Of a DNA stretch of 64,000 nt, positions 61,309 through 64,000 are shown one piece after another (position 1 is the stretch's first letter; each line of letters starts with the position of its first letter). The stretch is from Vicugna vicugna (Eukaryota), in NCBI GenBank assembly GCA_013265495.1, contig MU058531.1, positions 2,604,911 to 2,668,910 of the forward strand, read 5' to 3'. The position numbers and the translations under genes were made by a program. The notes beneath the pieces were generated by a model. That model made no database searches. It was not told the origin of the DNA and saw nothing but the letters and a program-made list of their open reading frames with translations.

Positions 61309-63084
61309 AAAAGTGGACTTTCATATTACATAAAAAATAAAAATGTGTCCAAATGTTAAACTGCTTTTGCTAGTTCCTGACCTGAAGGAGTTATGGAGGC
61401 TTAGCAAATCGGTAAGAGGGAAAATGAATCTCCCTCAGGAAAAGTCCTTCATGCTGCTTAACCCCACAAAGGCTTGTCCATCCCTTCTCTGCTGCTACCC
61501 TAACACATCCTCTGGCAGTAGCGAGAATGTGTCTGGCACATGAGGAGCCAGAAAGCAAGAGCTAACAGTTACTGAGTGCATGTTCCATGCCAGCTGTGCA
61601 GCTCAGTGTGACACACATACTCAGTGTCTTCTGGACTTACTAATGCACTGAGTCCTCACAGTGACCTTATGGCTTTGGTACTGTTACTGTTCCATTTTAA
61701 AGATAGGAACACTGAGGCCCAGAAAGAATACCCCATGTCACACTCCTATAAGTGGTACTGTTGGAATTTGAATCCAGGTCTGATGGTGCTGGTTGAGGAG
61801 TGGCAAAAAGAATGAATTAGGGAAGAGAGGAAGGAGAGAAAGACCAAAAAGGGAAGAAATCCAGGGTGGATATCAGCAGGAGGCCAGTAACCACAGCATC
61901 CTCTCCACTCTTGAGAGCTCACCAGAATGGGATGCCAAGAAGCAGTCTGGAGTAGGGGGAAGATGGCTACCTTTACACACATTGGCCTCAGTGGTTCCAG
62001 GAGTACCTCCCCTGAGGGCCACCCCTGTGACCTGGAGCCAGGTTTCTTCCCTGCAAGAACAGCAATAAAAAGATTAAAAGAGAAATTACTATGATGGATC
62101 ATAGATGCTGGTATTTGAGAAAGTTTTTCTTAAAGGTTGGGAAAGAGGCACATGTTTCTGGAGTGATTCTGAAGAGAACTTCTGGGCACCTTCAAGGACT
62201 TCCCAGGTTGATAGCAACGCTTTTTATTCCAACTTCACTTTTTAACAGATGGCTTTTCTGTTCTGGGCAACAAATAGAATTGCCCCTGCAGCTACCCTGA
62301 TGCTCACTAGCTCCTGCTGAGGCTGGTTTTGGCACCCAGATGGAACACAGATGGAGAGTGCTGGGAAGTGTTTTCAGAGGTTTCTGAGCAAAAGAAGGGA
62401 AGGAAAAGAGTTAGGAGTTTCATGTGAAAGACAATGCCTGTTGCTAGTCATAGAAGGGGAAATGACAGAAAAAAAGGGAGAGTGGGATGTGGGTATGAGC
62501 CTCTGGAGGGAAGAGAAGAGAGACTCAATTCCTCATACCTGTCAACAGGTGGCAGCACTGGCGCAATACAGCTCCGCGGTGGTGTGTGATGTGATCAGAA
62601 GTCCCCATGACTGTGGGGTGTGGGTGCGTAAGTGGCAGCCGTTTGGGGGCTGGTGGAGAAGGATAACGGCAGCGTGCATCTGGCTGATAGAAAGAATGCC
62701 AACATTCATAGCTTGTGATGGCCTGCGTTATTCTCCCTTGGGCCCATTTTCCAGCAGCATACAAGGTGAAGGGAATTCACAGTTACTGTGCACTTGCTCC
62801 ATGTCATATAGCCTGATGAGTTCTCTCACTTACTTACCGTCTCTAGTTCTCTTGAGGGTCGACGTTATACCCATTTTACACACAAGGAAAAAGAAACTTA
62901 GAAATGTTAGTTACCTGTTCATGGGCTCAGGGCTGGGAAGGGGCAGAGCAAAGATTCAGCCCAACATCTGCCTGCTGCCAAAGCCTGTTTTGATTTACCG
63001 TATGTGTTGATTCCAGAGATCAGGCAGAGGGACTGTGTTTATTGTTTAATAGTCCTCCCCCTCAACAGCCCAACTTGACTAAGT

Positions 63085-63275
63085 CAGTGTTTTAAAAACT
63101 TATGTGAACTTAAGGATTCCTGGGGTGCTTGCTGAAATATATCAATTCCTGGGCTGGACTCCTAGAATTTCTGATTAGAGTGCCTGTGGGAGGAGCCTGA
63201 GAATCTGTGTTTAACACGCTCCAAATGTGATCCCCGTGTGCTCTGGCCAGCTTGGTCAACATTGGTACTGGCAGA
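63085..63275. mobile_element. MER5-like hAT remnant
   Basis: Motifs cctggggtgcttgctgaaat, attcctgggc and gaatctgtgtttaac. Confidence 0.6.
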
Positions 63276-64000
63276 TTGTCACATTTATGAATATAAACTC
63301 AGTGGGCTGTAAACGATTTATCTTTGCAAGGTTGTTTGTGGTTCAGGAAGTAAAATTTCTTGTGCTATATTTATGTACTTTCCCTCTGATCTCTGTCAAA
63401 TACTGCTGAGGTTTTTACATTATGACATTATTTAAATAATCAGTGGAGATTATGTTTACATTTGGTGGTAAGGCTAAAATATGGCAATATTTCACTCCCC
63501 AGGGTGTCATTCCCCATTTTACTTTGTACATTAGAGGTAAAATATTTATTTGCATGATCTGAAAGGAAGTCTCTGGTTAAGGGGCAGGAGTTTGAATTCT
63601 GGTTAATACTGAGTGATAAAAGGCAGAGGTACGTCTTTAGCTTCTTAATCTTGCCTCTGCTGGGCCCTGCTACTCTTCTCAGCTTTGTCCATCTGAATGG
63701 GATTAAGAGGAGATTGTTTAGTCTACACCCATAAAACTAAAGAGAAATAGAGATTTGAGGGGAATTGTTTAGATAATTAGGCCCAAAGCATTTTGGGTGG
63801 AAATACTCAAATATCAATTCTAATAATGCTTTTCTGGAGTTTGGGACTATACATGATTAAATGAAACTTTCACTTTCTAGAAGGTCATTTGAGATCCAGT
63901 ATTCTAGTCTCAAGGATTGGCAGGTAGCACAGGGGAACATTATTCCGTAATAAGTAGCAATTTATAAAATCAATACCTCTTTTAATACCTCTGTCCCTCT

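Noticed and set aside
62351..63010. 219-aa + strand ORF
   Set aside because: No recognisable domain, and its 3' part translates a MIR core (PILHTRKKKLRNV).

Overview
This is mammalian genomic DNA, most likely from a camelid (alpaca, llama or camel), inferred from seven copies of a tRNA-derived Vic-1-like SINE. It is not a prokaryotic accessory region. On the + strand it holds the last two coding exons and 3' UTR of EXOC6 (8181-~10670), then two complete tandem retinoic-acid hydroxylase genes. CYP26C1 has 6 exons (12369-20141, 522 aa) and CYP26A1 has 7 exons (24914-28306, 497 aa); both have intact GT-AG junctions and ExxR, PERF-type and FGGGxRxCxG motifs. CYP26A1 keeps its TATA box, proximal DR5 RARE and distal RARE cluster about 2 kb upstream. 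From ~29.6 kb to the end there is no recognisable gene, only L1/L2/MIR/MLT/MER repeats and some motif-dense unique stretches. I found no new multi-gene system. The best leads are: all 11 CYP26 introns are phase 0 and CYP26C1 lacks a nearby canonical poly(A) signal, so in-frame C1/A1 chimeras are possible; the CYP26C1 leader has hidden splice sites and an in-frame uORF; the 17-aa CYP26C1 insertion is bounded by a direct repeat exactly 51 nt apart; a perfect DR2 element lies downstream of CYP26A1; and three SINEs sit at the same homologous position of independent old L1 copies. Repeat subfamily names and human comparisons are from memory and need checking.
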